From: Eledone cirrhosa
Taxonomy: Eukaryota
Direction of reading: 5' to 3'
DNA: 64,000 bases
Assembly: GCA_964016885.1 (NCBI GenBank)
Contig: OZ024740.1
Coordinates: forward strand, 423,770,001 to 423,834,000
Shown here in pieces: positions 11,357-23,181 of this stretch (positions are counted from its first letter, which is position 1; every line of letters starts with the position of its first letter). Made by a program: the position numbers and the translations under genes. A model generated the notes under the pieces. That model was not told the origin of the DNA, did no database searches, and saw nothing but the letters and a program-made list of their open reading frames with translations.

Positions 11357-11514
11357 CATAGAAACTATATGACAGTTGCAGCTTCATAACAACTGTCTTC
11401 TCCATTTGGTGGCTGTTGTGGTTCATGTTTGGTTTAGCAGGAATCATGAGAGCAGGTTGGCATTTGGTTTAGAGTGTTTGCACAATAACAGTCTTATTTA
11501 TATTTTGTTCGTAG

Positions 11515-11845
11515 GCCTCTTTCAGTAATGAATGACCATGGTTTGGCACCTAGAAAGTTCCTCTCCAAGGCACAATACCGGTCATGGTGTGTTTGTGGAA
11601 GACCAGCAGTCACCCATACATACCAGTTTCCCCTCTTCACACCCCCAATGTTGTCCAAGGGAAAGGCAATGGCTGATACAGCTTGGCACCAGTGACGACA
11701 CAACTCATTTTTACATCTGAGTGAACTGGAGCAATGTGAAATAAAGTGTCTTGCTCAAGAACACAATGCAACACCTGGTCTGGGATTCAAACTCATAACC
11801 TTACGATTGTGAGATCAATGATCTAACCACTAAGCCATGCATCTT
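11515..11845 (-). mobile_element. tRNA-derived CORE-like SINE
   Basis: Same family as 8055-8403. Confidence 0.75.
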
Positions 11846-12252
11846 ATACCTGAGCTAAGTAACATTTCAAAACAGTTCTCCATATAATACTAATCATTAT
11901 CATCATCATCAGCATCATCACCAACCCCACTATCACCATCATCATCATCGTTTAACATCCATTTTCCATGCTAGCATGGTACAATTGTTGAATTAAAGAC
12001 TGTCTGAATGAAAATATTACCGAAACTCTGAACAATTTTATATTTAATTGTGACAAAAATGTGTTGGAACTTCAAGAATATCATCGTCTATTTTAGAATT
12101 TAAATACAAATATCAAGGAATAGAGAAAATCTTCTTGGATCAAAGTATAAGTTTCCTTCCATCCAGTTCTGATGATAATCATAGTATACAGTAGAGATAC
12201 CACCTTAAAAAAGATTGATATGAAGTATCCACCCATATACATACATCTATCC

Positions 12253-12517
12253 ATCATCATCATCATCATCGTTTAACGTCCATGTTCCACGCTTGCATGG
12301 GTTTGGACGGGAGTTTTCCCACTTGAGGCAAGAGTGGTTGTCTTGCTCGCATAGGACTGTCTGGCGGGTTTTCTACAGCTGGATGTCCTTCCTAACACCA
12401 ACCACATTTACAGTGTGGGACTGGGAGGTTTTTACCGTGTTGCCTACACGGCCACATTACAGCGTGGACTGTGTGTTTTTTGTCGTGACACCTACACGAT
12501 CTCATTTGTTTCGGCCA
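12253..12517 (-). mobile_element. RTE subfamily A 3' UTR fragment
   Basis: Near-identical to 4148-4420; (CAT)n tail. Confidence 0.9.
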
Positions 12518-13202
12518 TCCATACATATATACATAATACATGCATACATATATATATACATACACACATCTGTCCATCCAGCCATACATACATGCACACA
12601 CACACACACAAAATTTAGTCAGTTACAAATTCTGGATAGATCTGTTGAGTTAAATTTATATTTAGTTGAACAACTAAATCCTGAGAGTCAATAAATTCCA
12701 AGCTCTAAGATGGTTCTTCTCAGCTTAAACAACCAACTTTTTTATCAATATAGATCCTGGGAGAATATTAATGATTTAAACAAAGATCATACAACAACAA
12801 AAACCATACAACAACAAAGATCATACAACAACAAAGATCATACAACAATAAAGACCATACAACAACAAAGCTGTTTGTTACAAAATGGTTTGTTAAAATA
12901 AGTTTGTTAAAATAAGTTATTAATTATCTGATACCATCAAAGTTATTTTTTTTTTTTTAAAGATTTCATATCAATCAGGGAAGCATGGTTTTAGACTGAG
13001 TAAAAATATATTTTAATCTAGTAAGTGGTTGTCATATAACTTGATACTACCGTTCAATATTCATCTTAACCCTTTAGTTACCAACCCAGCTAAGACTGGC
13101 TCTGGTACTATGAAATAAACCATCCATTTTAAAGGGTTCCTATTTAAATTAAAATCTTCCAACATAATTGCATATCAGAATCTTACATTAAGTTATTATA
13201 AT

Positions 13203-13666
13203 AAACGAGCAGAAAAACCACCCTTAGTGTGGTTTTCTGCTAGCATGTGTAGTTTGTATATTATACGCAGATATATATACATGTAGATATGATACATAAA
13301 CTAAAATCGTAATTGACAATATATAATACATAGAAATTGAACAAAGACTGCGTTACACTGTCTTATGTAATCAGTAACGTAATCCATGATACATTAAAAA
13401 AGACAATATTATGTATAAACTGCATTAGGAGAAAATTAGTATGTTTATTTAAGCGATGGTCAACCGGAAGTGTTGACATTTTAGAAATTTGAAAGAAGTG
13501 AATCTTTAAATAAATAAAATATATTTAATCAACAGCCACGAAATTTATTAGATAAATTATATAATATTCATTCATTATTTATTTAAAGTAATCCAACTTT
13601 ACTAATGGGATAAAAAATTATAAACCGTACGCAGTCCCGCGCTCCTTACTTTATTATAGTTTAGAT
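13203..13666 (-). mobile_element. Non-autonomous Helitron-like element
   Basis: Minus strand starts TCTAAACTATAATAAAG and ends in hairpin GCAGAAAACCAC..GTGGTTTTTCTGC followed by CTCG|T. Confidence 0.55.
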
Positions 13667-13694
13667 ATTAATAATGAAATTATTGTGTACATTA

Positions 13695-13930
13695 CTCAGG
13701 TGCACTACAACTCATCAAAGGTGCATGTATAGTACACAGAATAATGTACAAATGTCAGAAAAGTGAACAGTGTATAAGTCATGATATACATGTGTGTACA
13801 GAGGGGGAATATCAGGTGTAGTGTTGGCAAATATCAGGAAGCATGGAGGTTTTAAAGGATGCAGTGTCTCGGCAGCTAACAACTGATGCAGGTAGTTTGT
13901 TCTATGCTTCAGAAACTCTGAGCGTGAAAT
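13695..13930 (-). mobile_element. CR1-clade LINE 3' end
   Basis: Minus-strand translation FTLRVSEA*NKLPASVVSCRDTASFK matches the CR1 C-terminal pattern F..RV...WN.LP..VV......FK. Confidence 0.7.
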
Positions 13931-15241
13931 AATTAATAATCTAAGTAAATCCCTCAAAATTCTTCATTAATTAATTAGAATAGAGTGTATTTCATGAGAA
14001 ATGTGGTCATGAAAGGGTTAAAACATTCACTCCCTTCGGTTGTTGCAAGATTTCAGAAGAATATTTGATAGAAAAACCTTGAACCAGCAAATAAAAAGTT
14101 TATTCATCAAATTTTCTGATAAATACAGAGACTTGCTGTCCATCATGTAATTGTAGAGTGTCAACTAAAACACTTGGTTTTAATGAAAATGTTTGGATAA
14201 TAAGATTTAGATTCTTCTGTTATATGTCAACGACCATTATGAAATCTTCTGCTATCTTCCTAAATGTTTCTTCTACTCTTCTGCTGTCAATTAAATCAAC
14301 AGACTAAATCTAGTGAAGAATTAGTTCACAGAATGAGGTAATGCTCTAGATGCTCTTCAGTTTTAATGTTGTTAAAAAATGGAAGGAGTGCTTGGAAAGA
14401 TTTTTGTAAAAGTTTTATAGAAAAATATTTCAGAAGTTTTGGAGATATAAAAACAATACTTTGATAATTTTCTCTCTTTTCTGATAATTCTAATCTGTAG
14501 AATGGTTACACAAGACAATTTTTCTGTTAATATAAATAACATATCACGTTTTCTTAAGAGAATTATATGATGTCTAAGGACTTGTAGAAGAGAATGTGGA
14601 AATGAAGGACAATGGTAAGTAGAACAAAATATCCCATAGAATATGAGTCCTGTGTGGAGGAGTGGCTGTTCCAGAACATCTCCCTTGCTGTCATCCGGGA
14701 CAATGTATTCTCCATCCTATCAGCCAGGACCCACAGGTGGAGGGTAAGTTAATTGGAGGTGCAGGATACTCGTTTGGACATCTCTTTCACTCTATATTCA
14801 ATATTATCACAAGAAAGATACAAAAGAGGAACCATTACCAAGAAAACATTATCTGTGGCCCTATTGATGTAACCAAATACATTTGAAATGGTTTGTTAGA
14901 ATACCAAGAAAGGTCTTTCTCAAACAGAAAGAACATATATTTAAAAAAACAAAAGAGAATCCCGATAAAAAAAATATTTTCTGTTCATTTTTGTAGAAAA
15001 ATTCAAATTTGCAGACTCTTATCATCATCATCATCATCACAGTTTTATGTCCATTTATCCACACTGGACATAAAACGGTGATGATGATGATAAGAGCTGC
15101 AAATTTGAAATCCACTGGATACAACAAGCATCAAGAAATTCTTAAGGGAACTATTAATTCTTGTAAACTTCTCTATGAAGAACACTTTGGTGCTGTTGAG
15201 TAAGAAACTAAAGAAGACTATATATAGTGTTCTGGTTCTTA

Positions 15242-15530
15242 CAGGGTGTCAACGCTATTTGTTCACAATTTTCAACTACTAATTTTGCGTCTATTTTTAA
15301 AATTTTTGTTGTCAGTCTTCTTTTGGTTTGAAAACAATAACCATTTTGGCATTGCTTTTTTTTTTGCAGAATAATTGACTATGGACAATTTTGAAACCTC
15401 CCTCTCAATTTGTGGAAGAGGCATGGAGTTCTTCTAGGAATCCATGCCGGAATGACAATCAAGGAGATTTCAGACTTCCTTAACATCAGCAGAAGGATGG
15501 TGAAAAAGATGAGAAAGGAGCAGGAAGATT
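15242..15530 (+). mobile_element. 5' fragment of a DD37D Tc1/mariner related to 6175-7061
   Basis: TA-CAGGGTG..TATTTGTTCACAATTTTCAACT; AATTTTGAA..CCTCC..AATTTGTGGAAGAG shared with that element. Confidence 0.75.
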
Positions 15531-15598
15531 CCGGATTCAACTACAAAGCAACAGGAGAGAAGAAGACCCATGTATATAGTTGAGTGAACACAGGCAAC

Positions 15599-15678
15599 AG
15601 CATGTATATAGGCAACCCATGTATATAGGCAACCCATGTATATAGGCAACCCATGTATATAGGCAACCCATGTATATA
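15599..15678. repeat. 17-bp minisatellite CATGTATATAGGCAACC, about 4.5 copies
   Basis: Direct tandem copies. Confidence 0.9.
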
Positions 15679-16349
15679 ATTGAGTCAACAATAAATGTTG
15701 TGGTATTACTTGGTACATTTTTCAGAAAACAGTTACTGACAGTAAAGAAGGTAAAATCTGATGATTGAAAATAAATTTCTGTGATTTGGAGTAACATTAC
15801 TCAATAGAACTGCTACTTCTCTGATTTGAGAGATAACAGCTCCAATACCATGGGCTTGTGATTAGAATGTCTCAGGAAAGAATCACTGGACAAATTTTAC
15901 GGGGAAAATCAACCAGTGGGAAACCCAGGGTGAGACCCTGAACAAGATGGTTATATAACATCCTTGAGCTTGGCTGGTCTCGCCTGGGGATCCAGCCGGA
16001 TCAGTTGAAAACAGTTGCTTTTGACAGGACCCGCTGGAAGGAGTGTTTAAGGACTCTGTCCCCATGACCCTCTCAGGAATAAGTGGGCGAAGAAGAGAAG
16101 AAAAATGAATTTCTCTCAATAAGATGTAAATTAAAACACAGAGAACTAATTCACAGCAGGGTGAAAGTTATGAAAAAGGAATTAAAAAAATATCAAAGTA
16201 TTTAAACATAAAATGAAATCATAAATCATTTAAAATATGAAATATCACATAAAATACTCCTTTGAAAGTATATTACATTATGTTTATCACTATAAACCCT
16301 GTAAATATATAATATAACTTAATGAGGGAATTATTACTCTGGGCATTGT

Positions 16350-16870
16350 GGAGGGATATGGCCTAGTGGTAAGGGTGTTGGATTTATGATCATAATGTCG
16401 TGGGTTCGATTCTTGAACTGGGTTGTGTGTTTATTTTGGAGCAAAACATTTCATTTCACATTGCTCCAGTATACTCAGCTGAAAATGACTACCAGCAATA
16501 GCTGGGGGAAAGGGTTAACCCTGCAATGGACTGGCATCATATCGAGTAGGAAGTCTTGTATTCTCAGTTAACACCACATAAACCAAGATAAGAACTGGCT
16601 TGAGGAGCCTCTGGCCCCGAGACAGACTTTAACCTTGTGATTGACAGGTGTCCTCTACAGAAGGGCAGGGGTCTTGTACTCTTGGTCACGTTATGCCACA
16701 AAACCAGGATAAGTACCAGCCTGACAAACCTCTGGACATGAGACAGACTTTAACCCTGCGATGGACTGGTGTCATGTCCAGTGGGGAGTCATGTACTCTC
16801 AGTTGCTTAACACCACAGAAACTGGGATAAAACTCCAATCTGATGAACCTCAGGGTTCAAGGAAACAGAA
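16350..16870 (+). mobile_element. tRNA-derived SINE with a triplicated ~120-bp 3' module
   Basis: TGGCCTAGTGG A box, GGTTCGATTC B box, CORE-like part, then 3x TTAACCCTGCGATGGACTGG...GAGACAGACT; single-module copy at ~54850-55050. Confidence 0.7.
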
Positions 16871-17840
16871 AAGGAAGGGAAAGGCAAGGACTCTAGGGTC
16901 ACAGAAGAATGAGGAGGGTGAGGTGATGGGCTCTAGGCCTAGGGCCTGGCAGTATTGTAATGAGTGTTTCAAGCAATTCTTTCAAATGCAGAAGATTCCT
17001 AATGAATAAAACCTAATTAATATTTCTAGGGGAGAAAATATTGTTAAATTAGATTAGTTTCGAATTTGTATTTGAACAACAAGTCATGTCAGTTGCTTGA
17101 CCTGCTGAAAATAGAAGCTAAATCTTCCTCATTTCATACGCTATCATCTTAAAAATGGAAGGACACACACTAAAGATCATATCGTTCTAAATACTGGTAA
17201 AAAATAAAGGGATGGTCACAGCTGGAATGTTTTTTATTCTAGGTCTGCTTAACAAGGGTTGACCTGCAGCTAAACAACAACAATAGCAACATTTAAAAAA
17301 TAATTACGATTAGTTTATCACTGTTAATTTTACAGTTAACATGATGTATGTCTTGTTTTAAGATGACTCCAATAAAGTCTTGAAGCATATTTTGAATTCT
17401 TGTATGGAAAATTCAATACCATTGTGCATAAAAATGGATTCAATTTATGAAACTATATTAAATTGCTAAAGGAAGTTGAAAGTAATTTAGAAAAATTGGT
17501 TGGGCAGGTAAAAAATAGAACCTATTATTGATTTTATACATTTTCACAAAAAAGGTCATTAGTCTAACTGGCAAACATTCAATAGACTTCACCTACATCT
17601 GTCTCACAGAGACACACTGTTTATTTTTAATGTCTCTTTGGTATCAATTACAATGATCTCTGATCCGCTAAATAACTTCATACCCTCTTCTCCTGCTACA
17701 GATACTACTGCACTCACAAAACACTACTAGTCTCCTTTAGAATCAGGCAACACTTCAGCCATAATCAGAAACTGCCTCTCCATAACATTGAAATTAATAA
17801 AACAAAGTACCACTCAAGTACCCAAAGTTGGTTTAAGCAA

Positions 17841-18173
17841 CTAAACCCTTCTCCCACCACAAATATCTGCCCATGTGCTTTTATAAGAGACTAAACCCTT
17901 CTTCCTCCACAAATATCTGCCCTCGTGCTTGTATCAGGGACTAAACCCTTCTTCCTCCACAAATTTCTGCCCTTGTGCTTTTATCAGCCACTAAACCCTT
18001 TTTCCTGCACAAATATCTGCCCGTATGCTTTTATTAGCCACTAAACCCTTTTTTCTCCACAAATATCTACCCTTGTGCTTTTGTCAGCCACTAAATCCTT
18101 CTTCCATGACAAATATCTGCCCTTGTGCATTTATAAGCCACCAAACCCTTCTTCCTAAACAAATGTCTGCCCT
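17841..18173 (+). repeat. 50-bp minisatellite, about 7 copies, derived from a SINE tail
   Basis: CTAAACCCTT-like motif at 17841, 17891, 17941, 17991, 18041, 18091 and 18141; preceded by SINE-like ATAAAACAAAGTACCACTCAAGTAC. Confidence 0.85.
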
Positions 18174-18184
18174 TCCATAGGTTA

Positions 18185-18345
18185 GATGGGTCCTTTTCAG
18201 CACAGTATCTCTCCCCTTGATCATATCTTCTGTCAGTCTTAGTGATTTGAGATCAGCTCTCACCACATCCACCCAGGTCTTCCTTGGTCTACCTCTACTG
18301 TGGCTTCCTTCCACTGCGATTACCTGGTACTTCTTCACCCAGCGA
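18185..18345 (-). mobile_element. RTE subfamily B C-terminal fragment
   Basis: RWVKKYQVIAVEGSHSRGRPRKTWVDVVRADL. Confidence 0.8.
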
Positions 18346-18509
18346 TTATATATATATGTGTGTGTGCGTGTGTGTGTGTATGCACGTGTGAGTGTGTGCT
18401 CGTGTGTATATGTGTGTGTGTGTGTTGAAATCCAAATGAAGAATATCAAGAGTTATGCTATACCTAATGGAATAATATGAATCTCGAATTGATTAAATAA
18501 CTGTTGGGT

Positions 18510-18675
18510 GTCTGTTGTTGTTGATGATGATGGTGGAGATGTTGATGATGTTGATGATATTGATGATGGTGATGATGATGATGTTGATGGTGATGATGAT
18601 GTTGGTGATGATGATGATGATGATGTTGATGATGTTGGTGATGATGATGGTGATGATGATGATGGTGCTGGTGCT
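18510..18675. repeat. (GAT/GGT/GTT)n microsatellite
   Basis: Trinucleotide low complexity. Confidence 0.9.
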
Positions 18676-19252
18676 GCTTCTGTTGTTGTAGTGAAAGGAG
18701 CAGTTATCTGTGATGGGTGTGTCTTGATATTAAGGACCCCCTGCTGTGGGTAAGTAGGAAGAACACTAGAACTCACACATACCCAAACATTCTTGTATTT
18801 TTGTTTGTAGTCATTTCGTCTGCCACCATGCTGGGGCACCACCTTGAAGAGATTTACTTGATATCAACTCCACTACATATTTCTTCAAGTCTGGCTCTTA
18901 TTTTATCAATCTCTTTTTGTCAAACCTCTAAGTTATGAGACATAAATGAATAATAAATGCAAACAGAAACATGGACAAACATACAAACACACACAAACAA
19001 ACACACACACACACATACATACCACACAAACACACACACACACCACACAAACACATACATACACACATACCACACAAACACATATAAACACACACATACC
19101 AGACACGCACATACAAACACACACACATACCACACACGCACATACAAACACACACACATACCACACACGCACATACAAACATACACACATACACACACAT
19201 ATGATGGGCTTTTACAGAGTTTCTATCAACTCAATTTGACTCACATTTGTTA

Positions 19253-19451
19253 TGAGGGTCGGCTAAAAAGTTCATAAGCTGACTATGAAGGAGTGATGCT
19301 AGAGCTGTGAAATCTTGTATGCATTAATTTCAACTTTTCTTATTAATAACTACATTTTTTTCTTTCCAGGGACTATGTTGAAAAATAAACCTCATTTGGT
19401 CATACCATGAGAGTATCTTGGTCAGCATATGAACTTTTCAGCTGACCCTTG
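19253..19451. mobile_element. Mariner-type MITE
   Basis: TIRs TGAGGGTCGGCTAAAAAGTTCATA / TATGAACTTTTCAGCTGACCCTTG with TA flanks. Confidence 0.8.
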
Positions 19452-19719
19452 TATAAGAGAAGACATTTTTCCGTTCAATAGGTGTAAACCTTAAACCACA
19501 TGGTTACAAAGAGACCTCATTAACCACACAGCCAGGACTCTACCTATACATATAAACATATACATATCAGAATAACAACTGAGTGAAGCCTCAGTTTCAA
19601 CTATATGAAAAGTTATTCTCCCCTTGTTTATATATACATATAAAACACATGCATATATATATATATATATAAGCAGGGAAAAGCGGATGTAAAATGATGA
19701 TGATGATTATATATATACA

Positions 19720-20530
19720 CTAGCTGAATGACCTGGCGTTGCCCAAGTTACTGCTGTTCTTATTCAGATTATTGGAAATATGAAGATATAATATGAAGAT
19801 ATTTTTTTTTTCTCATAATTATTTCAAAATATCTACATTTTATAAAAAAAATATAAAAATTGTAATGATAATAGAATTTAGAAATGAAAATCTGTCAATC
19901 TTGAAGCAGCTGAAGGTAAACAATATTCATTGTGTAATATTTTGTTGGTGTCCAAATGAATAAATTGTTGCTGCTTCCGACTCATGTGCAACCAACATAG
20001 AGTTGACCATGGGGGAAACATGTAGTAGCGAGATCAAGTCCAACTACCTTGAGGGATTGACCCTGAGATTTGTTAATTGAAATAACAAAACTTAGTTTGA
20101 CTGGTAACTGAAGCCTCTTAAATTCAACCTCACATACACTCACACACATATACTTGTCAGTCACCACATATGTATATGTATGTGTAGATGTGTGTGTGTG
20201 TTTAATTCTCTGTGTATCTGATTAAATATTTATGTGAAGATGCATGTGTATGTAACTTACTAAGGCCTAACATGTAACGAACGTGAAAACACACACATAC
20301 ACACACATATACAAAATGTGACATCATCGTCATGGTCGTGTTATAAAATGTTGTTTACTTATAGTCTATAGTAGAATATTTTAGATAAACTGTTATATTG
20401 TTTTAATCCAAATGAAAATAAAAATTACATGCTGTTAATCCTGGAGTCTAATACTCCTTGTAAAATTTGATTTGATTTGGTCAGGCCGTTGAGAATGCAT
20501 AATGAAACAGAGAGAGATACAAAGAATTAT
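19720..20530 (-). mobile_element. Deleted Helitron retaining the PIF1-helicase C-terminus
   Basis: [31 protein letters not shown]...HGQLYVG (19982-20128); minus-strand 3' end is a GC-rich hairpin plus CTAG|T at 19720. Confidence 0.85.
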
Positions 20531-20792
20531 ATATATATATATATATGAGTTTTTATTTATCCAAAAAACGAGATGTCCTACACGGGTGAAAGTATAAGGA
20601 AAAGAAATTGAAAATGCAACTGGAGTCTTTTTAAGAATATTTATTTGTTTCCTTTACCTGTTTCAAAGTTCTTATGCTTTTCAAAAGTAGAATTAAGATG
20701 GAGGGTTTGTGGTTTGTCTAGCGTATATATATATATTAAAAAAGGTACTTAATACGTTAGTAGAGAATAGGTATGTTCATTTGATTATTAGT

Positions 20793-20915
20793 ATTTTATT
20801 ATAGAAATGACTTGTACAGGACTAGAACTGTTTAATTCGTAAGAAATCATTAGGATGGATAATTTCTTACAATGAAACAGTTCTAGTCCTGTAGAAGTCA
20901 TTTCTATAATAAAAT
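20793..20915. repeat. ~123-bp fold-back hairpin with a hammerhead relic
   Basis: ATTTTATTATAGAAATGACTTGTACAGGACTAGAACTGTTT / AAACAGTTCTAGTCCTGTAGAAGTCATTTCTATAATAAAAT with one mismatch; GAAACAG..CTGTA. Confidence 0.8.
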
Positions 20916-23181
20916 GAATATATCTATACTCTACTGGAAGCTAAAGGACCCCATAGCCAGAAATAAATTTCAAAGCATATTACTTGACGCTTTCGACAGT
21001 AAGGAAGAGCAATTAGAGTCGTATAATATAGAGGAACAGTGGGAATTCCTGAGAGCAAACCTGCTGACGGCGGCAGACGAAGTCTGTGGCTGGAGCAGGC
21101 CTGTAGGTAGGAGGAGAGTAACATGGTGGTGGAACAGTAAGGTGGAGGAGTCAATTAAGGCCAAAAAGCAGGCTTGGAAAGCATGGCGGGATGGGGGAAG
21201 TAGAGAAGACTATCAAGTGGCCAGGAGGGAAGCTAGGAGACAAGTGTACTTCGCAAGAAGGGAAGCAGAGGAAAGAAAGTTCAAGCATGTTCTACAACGT
21301 GAGGACCAAAAACGTGAGGTGTTCAGGATTGCCAGGCAATGTGTCAAGGAAAACCGTGATATTGTCGGGGAGAAGTGTGTACTTAACGATGATGGCATAC
21401 TTGCCATCACCGACGCTGATAAGAAGGTAGCTTGGAAGTGTCACTACGAAAGGCTTCTAAATGAGGAGAACAAATGGGAGAAAGACAGTCTCCCCCACAT
21501 CGACCCAATAGAGGGACCAGCAGTGATAGTCCAGGGTAGTACAATAAGCAAGGCAATCAAAGATATGAAGACGGGCAAGGCGGCTGGTCCTTCGGAAATA
21601 GTTGCTGAGATGCTGAAGGCATCTGGTTCGGTGGGACACACCATGGTCACCCGGATAGTTAACCAAGTCGTACAGAATGGGGTTGTTCCGAAGGACTGGT
21701 GTAGCAGCATCATCGTTAACTGCTATAAGGGAAAAGGAGATGCCCTAGATAGGAGTAACTATAGAGGCATTAAATTAATCGACCAGGTCATGAAGGTCAC
21801 GGAAAAAGTAATAGCGCAACTAATCAGAGAGAGAATTGATCTAGATGAAATGCAGTTCGGATTTGTGTCAGGCAAAAGTACCACAGACGCTCTTTTCATT
21901 GTACGACAACTACAAGAGAAGTACCTAGCTAAAAGTAAACCCCTATACTTAGCTTTCGTCGACTTGGAGAAAGCCTTCGACAGAGTCCCCCGTTCCATTA
22001 TCTGGTGGTCTCTTAGAAAACTAGGTGTTGACGAATGGCTTGTGAGAGCTATACAAGCCATGTATAAAGAAACAGTCAGTAAGGTTAGAATTAACAACGA
22101 ATATAGTGAAGAGTTTAGCGTAAAAGTTGGTGTCCATCAGGGCTCTGTTCTTAGCCCCCTACTATTTATTATTGCCCTTCAGGCTATAACAGAGGAGTTC
22201 AAGACCAGCTGCCCATGGGAACTCCTATACGCAGACGATCTAACGCTCATAGCTGAATCAATGACCGAACTAGAGAAGAAATTCCAAACATGGAAGCACG
22301 GCCTAGAATCAAAAGGCCTTAAAATTAACCTGGCTAAGACTAAAGTTCTAGTTTGTAGGAAAGAAAATAAGGCAGTCCCATCTGGGAAATGGCCATGCTC
22401 AGTGTGTAGGAAAGGCGTAGGTAGAAACTCCATTTTATGTCCCAAATGCAAAGTATGGGTGCATAAAAGATGTAGTGGGATCACAGGTAAGCTAACTAAG
22501 AACATAGATTTTACATGTGGCCGGTGCTCTGGTGCAATAAGTAGCAGCAAGTGCCCACTAAATACTAGCTCCTTCAACTGCGCAGAGGGTTCTATAGAAA
22601 TAGTGGACAGCTTCCGTTACCTGGGTGACAAAATCAGCAGTGGGGGAGGGTGCTCTGAAAGTACAGTAGCTAGAGTCAGAACTGGATGGAAAAAGTTCAG
22701 AGAGCTTATACCACTATTAGCCGCTAGAGGGTTCTCCCTAAAAATGAAAGGCAGGTTATACGATGCCTGCATGCGAACAGCAATGCTGCATGGCAGTGAG
22801 ACCTGGGCATTGTGTGCAGAGGATATACGCAGACTAGAGAGGAACGAAGCTTGCATGCTCCGCTGGATGTGCAATAGTAATATACGTGAACGGCAAAGCA
22901 TAAACGAACTAAGGAAAAAATTAGAAATAAGAGGGATCAGATGTTGTTTACTCGAGAGAAGGCTACGTTGGTACGGTCACATGATGCGCATGAAAGACGA
23001 CAGCTGTATAACAAAGTGCAGGGCAATAAAGATAGATGGTAGCCACGGAGTAGGCAGACCCAGAAAAACATGGGACGAGCTGATAAATTCCGACCTCACA
23101 CGCTTACACCTCTCCAAGACAATGTCACTGGACCGAGACCTTTGGCGGTACTCAGTAATAGAGAAGACCCGCCTTACCTAA
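20914..23181 (+). CDS. RTE reverse transcriptase ORF (755 aa, endonuclease-less) with an internal Cys/His finger
   Basis: Uninterrupted ORF. The first ~7 codons, including the ATG, come from flanking sequence; expression is unproven. Confidence 0.6.
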   Translation: MNISILYWKLKDPIARNKFQSILLDAFDSKEEQLESYNIEEQWEFLRANLLTAADEVCGWSRPVGRRRVTWWWNSKVEESIKAKKQAWKAWRDGGSREDYQVARREARRQVYFARREAEERKFKHVLQREDQKREVFRIARQCVKENRDIVGEKCVLNDDGILAITDADKKVAWKCHYERLLNEENKWEKDSLPHIDPIEGPAVIVQGSTISKAIKDMKTGKAAGPSEIVAEMLKASGSVGHTMVTRIVNQVVQNGVVPKDWCSSIIVNCYKGKGDALDRSNYRGIKLIDQVMKVTEKVIAQLIRERIDLDEMQFGFVSGKSTTDALFIVRQLQEKYLAKSKPLYLAFVDLEKAFDRVPRSIIWWSLRKLGVDEWLVRAIQAMYKETVSKVRINNEYSEEFSVKVGVHQGSVLSPLLFIIALQAITEEFKTSCPWELLYADDLTLIAESMTELEKKFQTWKHGLESKGLKINLAKTKVLVCRKENKAVPSGKWPCSVCRKGVGRNSILCPKCKVWVHKRCSGITGKLTKNIDFTCGRCSGAISSSKCPLNTSSFNCAEGSIEIVDSFRYLGDKISSGGGCSESTVARVRTGWKKFRELIPLLAARGFSLKMKGRLYDACMRTAMLHGSETWALCAEDIRRLERNEACMLRWMCNSNIRERQSINELRKKLEIRGIRCCLLERRLRWYGHMMRMKDDSCITKCRAIKIDGSHGVGRPRKTWDELINSDLTRLHLSKTMSLDRDLWRYSVIEKTRLT

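Larger units (their letters stand above)
13067..14021. mobile_element. piggyBac-like MITE carrying nested Helitron and CR1 insertions
   Basis: TTAACCCTTTAGTTACC ... GAAAGGGTTAA; its body matches 5520-5763 once the inserts are removed. Confidence 0.6.

Noticed and set aside
19982-20167. Host PIF1 helicase gene
   Set aside because: Short fragment with a stop, inside Helitron termini (hairpin + CTAG).
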